In this document: positions 13,009-27,820 of the stretch, in pieces | How the letters are laid out: the number at the start of each line of letters is the position of its first letter | Numbering within the stretch: position 1 is the stretch's first letter | NCBI GenBank assembly: GCA_951406725.2 | Contig: OX597821.1 | Location: 52,948,001-53,012,000 of the forward strand | From: Octopus vulgaris | Taxonomy: Eukaryota | Direction of reading: 5' to 3' | Length of the DNA stretch: 64,000 nucleotides | Made by a program: the position numbers and the translations under genes | The notes under the pieces: model-generated | The model's input: the letters and a program-made list of their open reading frames with translations, nothing else | Databases searched by the model: none | What the model was told of the DNA's origin: nothing

Positions 13009-16000
13009 CATATATTAGTATATATAGATGTATACATACGCACACACATACACACACACAAACACACACATGTTCCATCTCAGTTAGATGGTGTGTTGTA
13101 ATCGTTGATAATGGTGTGGTCTCTAATTTATGCCTACTCTTTTTTTTTTTTGCTTTTTCACATGTCGTGAATGGCTAAACATTCTCTGTTACGTAACTGT
13201 TCCTTTTATTGCATGTTAAAGGGTTTGTGCTTTTTACAAAATATGTTATTTTATATTCTTATATTTATCATTTTTTTTCACTTAATCAAAGTACAAGTCA
13301 TTGCTTGTTTGCTTCGCGGCCAAGTTTGTTTTGGCGTGTATGGACCTGTGTTTGTGAATATTGATGTTTTGGTTGACTGATTTTGCCGGAAGAATTTCAG
13401 TGATGAAGTGAATGTAACACTGCGCAATAATTAGCAAACACGTCCCCTTAAACTGCACAAACACCTGAACAATAGAAATATCAGCTACAACTACGCAAGA
13501 ACATAGATGATATAAATTCACTAAGCATACGAATAAACACTTGATACAGAGTCATAACAATCACAGGTCCATGCAGCTGGCTCACAGAATGCACATACTC
13601 ATTGCATGGAAACTAATTAAAATACGAAAGAATTATACAATTTCATGAAAAGTTAGAAAGAAACGCAACGTCCCTGTATAGGGAGATGTGGGAGTTAATG
13701 GAAACAGTATAAACAGTAAATATGCAATGTAAAATAACAGATTACGATCTATGCGGTATAAATGTCACTGGAATCTTGCTGCTCTGGTCCGCGGAAAAAA
13801 CGTGCCATCTCAAAATTTAATCACAAAAGTAAATACTTATGAATTAAAATTAATGAAAATCCTACCACACTGCAAAAGCCAAAATAAATCCACTTTTTAT
13901 ATATAGACCTTGCTCCAAATAACAACCACCAGACCTTTCTTCAAAATACACGCAAAATAGTTACACCCACATAAATTGGCATTCAGCGAATCAGCAGAAA
14001 TTAAGTACTCAGACCAGCCTACATACGTATATGCAAAGACAAATTAAAAAGAAGCCTTCTTTGAAATAGATACATAAACATAGATACCAATAAACAAGAT
14101 AAAAACAAACCTTGCCCAAAACATAAGCAATAGCATTCACACTTGAATGCGAGCGTACCCAAACATTTATAATGAAAAATCATACGCAGTCCAATGTAAT
14201 AAACACAACATTTTAATTAAAACAGCACAGAATCTCAATAAGCCATCGAAACTACTCATCTTAGGAAAAAATATTTTTTCACTGCTGAAACTTATTTCCA
14301 AATACATTAGCAGAAGCTACTCAACATAAAATGCCACTTTCGTTCACAGAAATTCATCAATATGCGTGTCCTTAATTATTTTCACTCAGAAACCAAGAAT
14401 TCGTTATAACTCCCTCATTTTCACAAAAAAATGTCATTAACAGAGCTGTCTTATTAGAGCATGAATATTTGCGAATAAAACGTTACATAGCGAAACAAAC
14501 TTGACCAAAAGTATAGGACTAGCTAAGTGAACATTTCGGAAATATACAAATACAAAACAGAACAAATTAAAAACACCCTCTCACCAACAAATCCCACAAA
14601 GCATAGCAGTGAACCAACTGCAGTAACAGACTGTAGGTTTTATATAATCACTTAGACACACAGTGGGTGACAAAGTAATACGCAAAAATGATTATTTTCA
14701 GTACGAAGATAAAAAGGTTATTATAAAAAAACACCCCAAAACAAAAAGAAAAATCGACGAAAATAATATTAGCTAAGTTATAAAACTCCATACGGGTATT
14801 TTGATCATGATCTTCCACGTTTACAGGCGGAATGTATTTCGCTGCGGAAACTGTCTGAGGAAATACATTCTCTGTTCAGAGAATGTGTCTGAAAACACAT
14901 AAAGCCGAGATATGAATAGAAATATGAATGGAGTCATCGGACACGTGTTTATGTATTGTTACACTGCGTCATCCATGGCCCATTTAAACTGTGATTATAT
15001 TTAAACAAGTATTGTATTTTTTGGAGATTGCAAAAATTGCTGATGTGTGCAAAGCTGAAATTTATTAAAGGCACACTAAGTAGTGTTGATTAAAACAAAG
15101 TTATACTAAATATCATAAAGTTGTCATTAGCAAGTTGTGTAAGTTTGCCACTTTCAAATAAAGTATGGTGCCTCCAATAAGCAACCATACAATGCCATCG
15201 CCTAGATTTCCCTTTCAATGATTTTACAAGAGTTATATTTTCAAAGCGAAAGGGATTGATATTGAACGCGAAACAACATTTCATAGTAAATTCTATTGCG
15301 GCCGCTATGCTTGCTTCCATTTTGAAGAAGATATCCCAATTACCGGTCGCCATATTTCCAGTACTTATATTGCATGATGATACTGAGATGCGAAGAAGTT
15401 GAATGAATGAGAATTTCCTCATTTATTTTGAAGTTACCTGTGAGCCGGTGCTAGAAAAGTGCCCACTGGACATAAACTGCAATCGACTAATTAACCATAG
15501 TGATTTACAATTGAATGTTACGTGCAACCAGAATGTTCTTGTGTGAAAAATTGTTTACAATGTTACTGAAATGTTGAGATACCACTTTGCATTAGTGTAT
15601 ATCTTCGATGTACTTATCAGGAATACATTCACAGATATACATACATTCTTATACATACACATACCCGCGACTACTTTATATACAATCATTAAATATCTAT
15701 AATATAGCTACGTCTACCCCGCAAGATATACTTCATCGTGCAGCCCTATTGAAAGCGTATCACCTGCGACCAAACCTTTTTTACAGGAACTGCATTGTGA
15801 AAGGCATCCAATTTTCTGAATAGTACTAGGGTGAGCTTTGTGAAAGAATCGGCTGTTATTTCTAACGTGTCAATTAACACTTAAATGTTCTTTCGATGAT
15901 TCACAATAATTGTAGTGGTTGTGTGTATCCTCTTTCTTGTCTTGACCTCGTGAATAATTAATTAGGGAGGTAGAACCTTCGTCATTTGGAAGCTTCCCGA

Positions 16001-16586
16001 TGCTTGGCTAATCCAATTCAGGACAAGAAGGCAGGACACATCTGCAGCGGTTGTGTAGAAATGTGGGCTGGTCAGGATTGGTCGTAGTATCTTTTTATCC
16101 TCCGTTTAATTTTGTTTGCATGGGTGGTCCTCCAGGTTAGCATTTCATTAACTATAGATTGGTTGTGTGTTGTGTTTTGTGTGTATTTGCTTATATATGT
16201 ATATATATAGTAGCATAGTTATTAGTTGTTATAGAATTAAGTGTTCTGCATTTCAATATATAAGATCGTAATTCCATATTTTAAACTTTACTTCAAACTT
16301 TCAAAGTGTTTCATATTGGAAACAACTTAGTTTCTTCTATTATAGGATGTATTACTAGATGCATCGTAAACTCTGATGATAAATTTAGAAGCAAATAGAG
16401 ATTCTTTTGGTTGATGGATACATCTTTCAAGTACGTATGTATGCATGTATGTATGTGTATATGTATGTTTGTATATATATTCTGCCTTCGTCTTTTGTTT
16501 ATTTTCGTAAACCTGCCCGTTATGCATATATATACATATACATTATTTACATTTGTCGGATATTTGTCCCCATCTTGTTTGTTTTT

Positions 16587-16632
16587 AATACAACGTTTCG
16601 GCTGATATGCCCTCAAGTCTTCATCAGGTGTC
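16587..16632 (-). ncRNA. Minimal type-I hammerhead ribozyme motif
   Basis: gacac-CTGATGA-agact..agcc-GAAA-cg-TT-gtatt, with palindromic AACGTT at stem III. The partner arm (17256-17302, +) has a decayed core, CTGTTAA. Confidence 0.65.
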
Positions 16633-16715
16633 TTGGGGAAATTTCCGACATGGGTTCTCATTCTTAAGGTACTTTTCGATGTTGCTGTTGTTGTTATTAT
16701 TATCATTATTATTAA

Positions 16716-16747
<32 letters not shown>

Positions 16748-16748
<1 letters not shown>

Positions 16749-17120
16749 TTTTTTTTTTCTTCTTTCAAATTTTCTTCCATTTCTTGCCGAGTGTCTTCCC
16801 GACTCCTAGGGCAAAGAAACTCATAGTGTATATTGGTAGGCCATTAAACCAAACTCAGTAGTTCGTTCATTTTTTTTTTTTTTTTTTTAAGTTAAATTAA
16901 AATGCATGATCAGCAACAGTTCTCACATCGACAATGCTCTTCTCAATACGTGTGATGTACCAGTTAAGACAATCTTTTGCACTTCTTGCAGGGATGGTAA
17001 GCCAGGGATCATTCTCATATAATTTTCGGTTCCCTTCTTGATCATTCCTAGTGCTCCTACGATCACTGGTATTGTAACCGCATTGAGATGCCACATTTTC
17101 TCAACTTCAATGAGTAGGTC

Positions 17121-17123
<3 letters not shown>
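16748..17123 (-). mobile_element. 5'-truncated R4/Dong-clade non-LTR retrotransposon inserted in (TAA)n
   Basis: RLE C-terminal coding segment plus a 3' UTR with an A-rich end; (TAA)n on both sides, the known target of Dong-type elements. Confidence 0.8.
16923..17123 (-). CDS. C-terminus of a restriction-like endonuclease LINE ORF (fragment)
   Basis: Uninterrupted KDLLIEVEKMWHLNAVTIPVIVGALGMIKKGTENYMRMIPGLPSLQEVQKIVLTGTSHVLRRALSM* (KYxDL..MW..PVIVGALG pattern). It is not in the supplied ORF track. Confidence 0.85.
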
Positions 17124-17202
<79 letters not shown>

Positions 17203-17413
17203 TCAATATCGAAAAATACCTTGGGATTGAAAGCCCAGGTTCAAAATTTCCTGAAGATACCTGTTAAAGACTTAGAGGGTATATCACCCGAAACGTTGTG
17301 TTAACAACAAACAAGATGAGGCCAAATATCCGTCAAATGTAAATAATGTACATAATTCTTCATCTCTTAAATATACAACTGTATATAAGCATTCATGCAT
17401 ATATACATACATG

Positions 17414-17451
<38 letters not shown>

Positions 17452-17482
17452 ACTATATACATACACACACAACAATACACAC

Positions 17483-17525
<43 letters not shown>

Positions 17526-17789
17526 AATGCATTCTAAGATCCACAAAGATTAGAACTTAACTGCAGCTCTTGGTGGTCCAAATCAGATATGTTGTCCAGG
17601 TGGGTATGAAAAGACACATCAGATGTCATGGTGGTTCTAAAGTGTAGGTAAAAGAGGTGATCAAATTCTGCATAAGGAGGAGACAACCACCATATACATA
17701 TATCCATATATATGTACACATAAATACATATATGCATACATACATATGTATGTAAATATATGTATATATATGTGTGTCTCTGTGTGTGT

Positions 17790-18110
17790 TAAGGTGCGCG
17801 GCTTAAGTGGTTAGGACATTAGGCTCATGTTCATAAGGTCGTGAGTTCAATTCCTGGCGACGCGTTGTGTCCTTGAAAAGGCACTTTATTTCACGTTGCT
17901 CCAGTCCACTCAGCTGGCAAAAATGAGGAGTACCTGTAATTCAAAGGGCCAGACTTGTCAAACTCTTTCTCACGCTGAATATCTCTGAAAACTACGTTAA
18001 GTGTACATGCGTCTGTGGAGTGTTCAGCCACTCGCATATCTAATTTCACGAGCTGTTTCGTTGATCTTTCAGTTGGGACTCTCGTCGTCGTCGCAACCGA
18101 CGGAGTGCTT
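17790..18110 (+). mobile_element. tRNA-derived SINE family C
   Basis: A-box-like ggcttaagtggttag and B-box gagttcaattcc, followed by a tgtgtccttg..aaggcactt..ccagtccactcagctg central domain. A degenerate relative lies near 33860-34080. Confidence 0.75.
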
Positions 18111-20160
18111 CTCTCTTCATACATATATATATGATCATATATATTTTAGATTTTATGCAATATATGAAATACATTAGCCGATTCACGATTCAGCCATGTA
18201 CTCACACGCGGACACATACTCATGTACATAAACGCCCGCATAGACATATACTGACACACTTAAAATGAAATATATAATTACCTATAAGTTCTAAATTTAT
18301 ATTCTTGCGGTGTAAAATGTCCGGCATAGTACCGAAAGAGAGAGTAGCATAATGCGTGTGCGAGAGAGAGAGAGGGAAACGAAGAGAAAGGGAAATATAA
18401 TTCAAACAAATGCGACTGGCACTTGCACACACAGACATAATTATGTTTCTAAATTCCATCGTAAAATGTATGCAACGGTATGTCCTGTATAGTTTTTTTT
18501 TTCAACTAGCTACATATTAACCGTAATGATATGAAGCCGTATATCTTAGGTACAGTTATTACCAATTATGTAACAGAAAGTGCTTCCTAAATTATTTTAT
18601 AAGAGAAACCAAGTTTGGTGTATTGCAAAGGACAATGATAATTGAACACGAAAGTGAGCAATGAAGGGAGAGAAAAAGAAAGGGAAAGAGAGAGAGGTAG
18701 AGAAAATAAACAGACTGACAGGCAGAGGCGATACATAGGAAGATTGGGAAAGGGCAAAGCGGCAAAATAAGAATAAAGATGGGAGAGGCAAGAATGACAA
18801 AAACCTTAACATAGGAGAAAAGGAATGGAATTAATGCGAGAAATGAAGCTAGATGTCGCAGCTTAGAGAGAAAGAATGAGAACCGATGATGAAATGATAC
18901 AGAAAAATATGAACGATAGTAATAGGCCGGAATATTTTGTACAAAATTAATAAAACTGGCTACAAGAGAAAACATGATCGAAGAGAATAGACAAGATTTT
19001 CTAGAAATTAATTAAAGGGTTATGAAGGAAATGATGATATATTATTAACGAGTGGGAAGATATTTATGTCTGACACTGCGCCACACAATAAATGGCTCGT
19101 GGTATATCCTCGGGTACTAGTGTTTATGAATACCTCATCTTGTTCCTATATAGAAATTAACAAACAAAACTTTACTTACAACTGATCGTTGCCAGATGTC
19201 CCCCACTTGACAATTCAGAAAGTTATTTATTCAATGTCATACGTATTAATGATAATGGATGTTTAAGGCCATTTTACTCTGATTAGTTACATTACTTTTA
19301 TTGTACAGAATCGATTAGTTACAATGTCTGTGAGCTCTAATTGATCTGCCGTTTGCAGAGATAGTAGTATAATGTAACGATTGTCGTTTGGTGTTGATAG
19401 AAATACAAAGAAGATACTAATTGTCAGATTACTGTACCAACCTTCAGCAATAAATCTTTTCAGAGTTACGGTCGTGTAAAATTATTCAGCTTAGAAAAGG
19501 TACAATTTTATGTGTGTGTATTCTTGTATATTATTGTATGCACGCGTGTGTATATGTGTGTGATAATTTTAAACAACATATCATCAAATACGGAGAATTT
19601 CATTAGAAATAATTAATGTTTTAGCATAAATCAATTGAGAACCATTTTGCCTTAATATATATGACATAAGATGATCTATAAGTTAATTACATTCTCTTCC
19701 AGACAATGGATAAAGTATCTACATCGACAATGACAATACTTGTGATAATTGGAACAGCATCTACAAGCAAATCCAGATTGTGATCATATTTATATCACAG
19801 AGAAATAATGTAAGAAGTGTAAATGAATCACAGAGGCTTTTAATGATTCAGATTTGATGTTGCTACGTTAGGTTTTGTTTCTGCCTGCGAGATTAGCTCT
19901 CATTAATAAACTGTGCATATAATTAAATTTAATTATCACACTTTGTCCACACAAATAAAGAATTACAATTCTAAATCTAGTGGTGTACTTATTAGAATTC
20001 ATTATGTCGACATTAAGATAGGTATTTAAAGGCATGATAATAATGTGTATATAATTTATTGTTGTATTTAACTTAATTTTAGAACAGGATGTTAATTTCT
20101 AGAAGACTGAACTACATTCATGTTAGCATTTACACGAGTAAATCATTTTTACACGCATAA

Positions 20161-20241
<81 letters not shown>

Positions 20242-20302
20242 ATTCTATCTATCAATCTATCATTCTATCTATCAATCTATCTATCTATCTTTCTATCTAT
20301 CT
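20161..20302. repeat. (CTAT)n microsatellite
   Basis: Direct reading. Confidence 0.95.
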
Positions 20303-20599
20303 ACAGATACAAACATCCCGTACATTTATATATATATATATATAATTATTTGGTTAATTATGTTGCTGAGCTACATTTATATCGAGTCATTCAATTAATG
20401 TTTCCCCGAATTTAAGCATATAGCAATTGCAACGACACTCAGTTTTAATTACGCACACGTACACACACATCACTCACACACAAACACACACATGCATACA
20501 TAGACACTCCAGTACACACATACATGCAAGCATAGACACACACAAACACACATATATACATACATAGACACACAAACACACACACATATATATATATAT

Positions 20600-20823
20600 A
20601 TACGTTATTAATAAAGCGTAAGGGCATCACAAAAACTGTTACTCAGAGTCCCACGTTCCTGTTCATCGAACAGTTTTGATTCACAAACAAAACTGCTTGA
20701 CGAACGGGAACGTGAAACTCTGAGTATCAGTTTTTGTGATGTCTTTGTAGCCTTATTAGTAAAGCATATTACACTACCTCCGGTATTCGAGTACTACTTT
20801 TAATTTGTGTGCTTACTCTGTTG

Positions 20824-20824
<1 letters not shown>
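20600..20824. mobile_element. Short head-to-head inverted HHR element between TA-rich tracts
   Basis: About 20605-20677 is the inverse of about 20689-20762. Plus-arm HHR at 20689-20734: aaaactgc-TTGACGA-acg ggaa cgt-GAAA-ctctgag-TA-tcagtttt. The left arm has a decayed copy on the minus strand. Confidence 0.7.
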
Positions 20825-20873
<49 letters not shown>

Positions 20874-22089
20874 TACAGATATGTGTGTGTGCGTGGGGTG
20901 GCGGGGAATGGTCACGAAGAAGAAAAGTGCAAGTTTTATCAAAGGAGTCATTGGTCTGATGCTTTAACGGAAAAAAGATAATCTTTGACGATTCAAAATG
21001 CTAGAATCCTTCATCAGGAATGAGAAAGATAGAAAGGAAGAAAGACTGACAGCATGACAATCTGGAGAGTAAATGAGAACTACAATCAGTTTTGTTGATA
21101 GGTTTTTCGAGATTTGCAAGGAAATAAGAAATTCTGTCTGGAAGATTATCTGTGAAAAAGCAATTCCCTCTCTCTCTCTCTTTCTCTCTCAGGATATATA
21201 CAGGGTTTGGACAAAATAATGGAAACATCTTAAAATTTCAAAAAAAGTAATTTTAATGTGGGATAGATAGATAGATAGATTGATTGACAAAGAGAATGGC
21301 TTCTGAAAACAAATTTCGGTATGGGATTTTTCTCTAGGAAATAGTTTAAAATTCTTTTAACTTTGTTTTTATATGGACCTTTAATTTAAAAATGGATTGT
21401 CATAAAAAAATGAATAATGTGTTTGCATGAATGTTGCAGGAATATATTTACTATAACATGACTTTTAATACATAACAACCTATGTATAAAAGAGAAGAGG
21501 TTGGAAAAGTGGAAAAGAAATATATAAACATATTTTGAAGTAGCTTCATATTTGTGTTTTAAATCTATTTCACAGGGTTGGTAGCTAATGTGAAAAGATC
21601 TTTGTAGATATAGCAAGGTACAGTACACTCGATAACACAATCTACGAGGGGGTGCTGAAAAATTTCTGACTTTTGGTAAAAGAAAATACATATTTCACTC
21701 TCAGATTCACACAATTATTGCAACAATCCTTCAGTTTCTCTAAGCCCTGTAAAACAACTCGGAAGTGCTAAGTGTGTAAATGGCCCATATCAGATTTCAA
21801 CATATTTGGAGAATATCTAACCTAAAAACAATGGAAATACGTTCATGTGTGTTGACCTAACTACAAGCACAGATGTTTTATGCCTGTTCTTTCCCCAAAT
21901 TTCGGCCATCTTATCTCCCTCCTTCTATTAAGTGGCCCCGTCCTCTATGCTTTCCGTCCTTCTCTTCCCCTTTTTGTTAAGTATCTTACTCTTTTTCTCC
22001 ATTCTACTTGTCACTTTACATCTCCACCCACACACACACACCATGCACGTACCATCCCTTCAGTGTTCTGTTTCGTTATAACCAGACAT

Positions 22090-22200
22090 GGCTCAGACGA
22101 AAGTAACATTAATTCTTTTAGGTCGTTCAATTTTTCTCAACTGATCAATAGATCCATTCAGTAACGTAGCTATAATAACTACTTGAAACAGCTGTAAGCC
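22090..22200 (+). ncRNA. Type-I hammerhead motif with one core substitution, at a probable PLE 3' end
   Basis: ggct-CAGACGA-aagta..(about 75 nt)..tactt-GAAA-cagctg-TA-agcc. Stems I and II are perfect and loop III is palindromic; (TA)n begins about 55 bp downstream. Confidence 0.7.
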
Positions 22201-22257
22201 AAATTTACTCTAATAAAGGAAAAAATATGTAATGGTCATTATTTATGCTTTGTCCTA

Positions 22258-23678
<1,421 letters not shown>

Positions 23679-24224
23679 TATATCATATATACATATGTAT
23701 GTAGCAGTTGTAGTTTGAATAAGGTTTATGTATTCAGTATTCAACGAATGTGGTCTCTTAAACAGAAACAGTAAAAGACAGGAAATTTGTTCTTTCCCAT
23801 TCATCTAGAGTATAGGCGATTTCAGGTTGTCGAAGGTTTAAAGTATAATAAAAGAGGTCAGCATTCTCAATTACATATTGACCACATACTGTCAAATTAA
23901 TGTAGAACATTCTTTACAGCAAAGTGTTCTTTCTTCGATAACGTACATGTGCGTCATGTGACCACGAAGCTTACGAATAACGTGTTTCTGTGTTAAACAA
24001 AGTGCCATGTCAGATTATGCTTACTGGCATCCAATTACACAGTTCTCTCATAAATAGAGAATTTTCGGTGAAAAGGTGATCGTCCGAATTAGTGAGGATA
24101 ACAAATACGTAAGTCTTATTTTCTCAACATAGAATTATAAGAGTTATCCAAGGCTGTGACTGAAGTTATGCATGCATAATATGTATATACATGTATCGCA
24201 TATAGACACATATTGATATATTAT

Positions 24225-24420
24225 TTTATTCTTTACTTTGTTTCAGACCATGCTGGAGCACAGCCTTTAGTCGAGCAAATCGACCCCAGGATTTATTCTT
24301 TGTAAACCTAGTACTTACTCGATCGGGCTCTTTTGCCGAACCGCTAATTTACGGGGACGTAAATACATCAATATCGATTATCAAGCGATGTTGGCGGGAC
24401 AAACACAGACATAGATATAT
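24225..24420 (-). mobile_element. SINE family A, 3' half
   Basis: Matches the 3' half of 12451-12852. Confidence 0.8.
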
Positions 24421-24421
24421 T

Positions 24422-24479
<58 letters not shown>

Positions 24480-24577
24480 TAAGGGCTCCTAAATTAGGAT
24501 GCCGAGTACTGGGAACACAAAAGGGAGATGAATTTATCGAGAGTGAAAATCAAAAACGTTTACCGATAACTTTACAC

Positions 24578-24651
24578 CTCGGACTGATTAGTTTCTGCCT
24601 CTTTCTAGCAAAACACAGAATATGTTTGCTAAGGCTGGCTTCATCAACGAG
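24578..24651 (-). ncRNA. Type-I hammerhead motif (inverted arm copy)
   Basis: Same as 25105-25178 except that loop III reads ctaatcag. Confidence 0.65.
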
Positions 24652-25104
24652 TAGCCTAAATTGAATCGAGGTCTGCAGCGATGTGAGACCATGTGTTGAT
24701 CTGGACTACTAGCAGATCTTAACTTTTCAAATCTCTGCGCAGACGCAAAACTTACACGGCAGTATAGGGCATGCCGGGAAGTGTGTTCCCAGTACTCGGC
24801 ATCCTAATTTAGGAGCCCTTAATTGTATTACTACATGAATAATATTTTTCTTTATGATTAATATTTTGTCTTATGACTAATTCGTCTTTTGTGCTGGGCA
24901 CCTGGCAGTAACTAATTATTACTACCCTTCTTGTTTATATTCGCATATTACTTGATGAATTTATTCGTAAAATTCTTCCCGGCATGCCCTATACTGCCGT
25001 GTAAGTTTTGCGTCTGCGCAGAGATTTGAAAAGTTAAGATCTGCTAGTAGTCCAGATCAACACATGGTCTCACATCGCTGCAGACCTCGATTCAATTTAG
25101 GCGA

Positions 25105-25178
25105 CTCGTTGATGAAGCCAGCCTTAGCAAACATATTCTGTGTTTTGCTAGAAAGAGGCAGAAACTGATCAGTCCGAG
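25105..25178 (+). ncRNA. Type-I hammerhead motif (U3 core variant)
   Basis: ctcg-TTGATGA-a gcc..ggc a-GAAA-ctgatcag-TC-cgag; palindromic stem/loop III and a GUC site at 25172-25174. Confidence 0.72.
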
Positions 25179-25397
25179 GTGTAAAGTTATCGGTAAACGA
25201 TTTTGATTTTCACTCTCGATAAATTCATCTCCCTTCTGTGTTCCCAGTACTCGGCATCCTAATTTAGGAGCCCTTAATTGTATTACTACATGAATAATAT
25301 TTTTCTTTATGATTAATATTTTGTCTTATGACTAATTCGTCTTTTGTGCTGGGCACCTGGTAGTAACTAATTATTACTAACCTTCTTGTTTATATTC

Positions 25398-25455
<58 letters not shown>

Positions 25456-25744
25456 GAAGCTGCTACAGAAAATTAATCGGGTTGCATATGCAACTGCTCA
25501 TACTCTCTGCGGCGGAAACGCATGTAGGTCATCGTAACCACCATGATAATGTCTTGTGTGACATTGTAAAATAAAAGGAAATAAATTTTCAGGATGTACC
25601 AATCTCCATAGTCACTATCGTTATGATTCTTTTTAAGAAAAGAAAGCATTTTCATGCAGGCTCATGCAAATTTTACCCTCCCTCCACACTTCACTTTTAA
25701 ACAAACAAATTCCATAACCCTAGTAATCCACTGTACTACATATT

Positions 25745-25955
25745 ATTCTTTTACTTGTTTCAGTCATTTGATTGCGCCCATGCTGGAACACGGCCTTTAA
25801 TCGAACAAATGAACCCTAGGAGTTATTCCGTGTAAGCGTAGTACTTATTCTATCGGTCACTTTGCAGAACCGATAAGTCACGGGGACGTAAACACACCAA
25901 CATTGGTTATCAAACGATGGTGGGGGGACAAAAACAGATACAAACTCATATATAC

Positions 25956-26023
<68 letters not shown>

Positions 26024-26171
26024 GACGGGTTTCTTTCAGTTTCCCTCTACAAAATCCACTCACAAGGCTTTGATCAGTCCGAGGCTATAGCAGAAGAAAC
26101 TTGCCTAAGCTGCCACGCAATGGGACTGAATCCAGGACCGGTTGGTTGGGAAGCATGCTTCTTACCTGCGC

Positions 26172-26172
<1 letters not shown>
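25745..26172 (-). mobile_element. SINE family A, full length, diverged
   Basis: Colinear with 12451-12852. Confidence 0.85.
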
Positions 26173-26208
<36 letters not shown>

Positions 26209-27780
26209 TATATGTGTAGTGGTGGGGTTATATTTTTGCCTGTAGCCAATACTGCATTTATACACGGACGTAAAAAGTATTCCATACAAACAAATAAATG
26301 GTTCTGTAAATATTTGAACAAGGATTTCATCAACAATTTTTTATCCTCTTTAACTATTTCTGAACACACCCACGTACACACGCACACACACACACACACA
26401 CACACAACACACACAACACACAAACACATAGACGACACACACACACATTCAGAGACATGCTGATATTAAAAATTATATAAACCCATGTAAATGCCTCTTC
26501 GTTACCGCGATCTGCAAGTATTAATCTAAATCTGATATGAGACCTTTCTTCGTATATACATATTTCTGTATGGACACCTGTCAGTGTGCGCGCGTTTGTG
26601 TGTGTATGTGTGTGTGTGTGTGTGTCGAGTAGAGATGCGATTGTATGTTAACTTTTAAATAGCTTTCTTCATTAATTGAAAAAGTTCTCTTATGTGTGAC
26701 ATTTGCCCACTAAATTACGTCATCACATTGCAAAGTGTATCTGGATATCTGCTTAGAAATCACATCTAAACTGAAATCGACAGAAGAGCCTAGTGATCTG
26801 ACTGCTGACTTGATTCTGACAGAATAAATAGAAGTTTAGATAAGAACTGTCTTCACAGTATTCTTGATTTATTTCACTAAATTTAGTCATCAGCTTCTCT
26901 TTGATATCGTTAAGTTTATCACGTCATTGTGTTAAGTACCAACTTTTTCTTTGACGGTTATTGTCTTAATGTATTTATTTCCCTCGATGGTAGATAACAT
27001 ATCGATTGATGCTCTCTTAAGTTTCTTGATGGCTTCAGTTTGATATTTCAGGTAACATTGTCAGATAGATTTTGTGTGTGTTTACCGTTCATAAATCTGT
27101 CGATTCTTTAATTGAGTTGAGAAACATATAATCAGTATTATTGCAATGATGTTCTTATAAATATTTAAGTAATTGTTTATCATTATAGTAAGATTTCTTT
27201 ATTAAAACAACTAATGTTGATTTGAAAAGCAACAATTACTGACATTGTTTCTCACACATAAATTTACACTCTCTATTGCAACGTCTCTTTATCTCTTTCT
27301 CCTTAACTTTACTTCTGTTTATCTTTGTATTACATCTTATCTAGTTTCATTAGAGTTTTCTCTAACACTCTCCAGCTACCCCCACTCCTCATAATCTTCT
27401 ATATCTACAATAGCTATAAATATTCCCAGCTGCACTAATTAGTAGTTAAAGAAGTGACATCCAGAAAAAATAAAACGAAACATAAGCTTCGTATTCAAGT
27501 TAACGTCTCGCCTCAGTCTACTTACTATTTTTGGCTGTCGCATATAACTGACTACTTTTAAGTGCTAAATGGTTTCAGGTTGAAACATAGTGTTACATCA
27601 TGGGAAAATATCTTTTACTATTGTCTGGGATCCACTAAAACACTGCGAATGAAATTTAATAAACGACAAACATGTTTCTGTTGTTTAAATATAATCGGAT
27701 TATTTTCCCATCGGTTTAGAGTTAATAATAACAGCAAGATCTCTTAGTTCCCGCAGACTTAAACAGGCAGCAAAAAACAA

Positions 27781-27819
<39 letters not shown>

Positions 27820-27820
<1 letters not shown>

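Larger units (their letters stand above)
16538..17380. mobile_element. Head-to-head inverted pair of an HHR-bearing PLE-like repeat around a (TAA)n tract
   Basis: About 16540-16690 is a diverged reverse complement of about 17205-17350. A further fragment follows (TAA)n(CAA)n at about 48620-48660. Confidence 0.75.
24473..25398 (+). mobile_element. Young non-coding HHR element: 455-bp unit, about 1.35 direct copies plus a 309-bp inverted 5' arm, within (TA)n
   Basis: gtgttcccagtactcgg occurs at 24783 and 25238 (period 455). 24473-24781 is a near-perfect reverse complement of about 24975-25283. (TA)n on both sides. Confidence 0.9.

Noticed and set aside
15090-15422. 110-aa minus-strand ORF
   Set aside because: No recognisable homology; length is compatible with chance.
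16370-16402. CTGATGA-taaattta-GAAG as a hammerhead
   Set aside because: GAAA is broken and there is no convincing stem I or III.
17790-17860. SINE heads as tRNA genes
   Set aside because: A/B-box-like motifs continue into SINE bodies, and no full cloverleaf is evident.
19700-19812. Exon-like segment with a good acceptor and donor on the plus strand
   Set aside because: Stops in all three frames.
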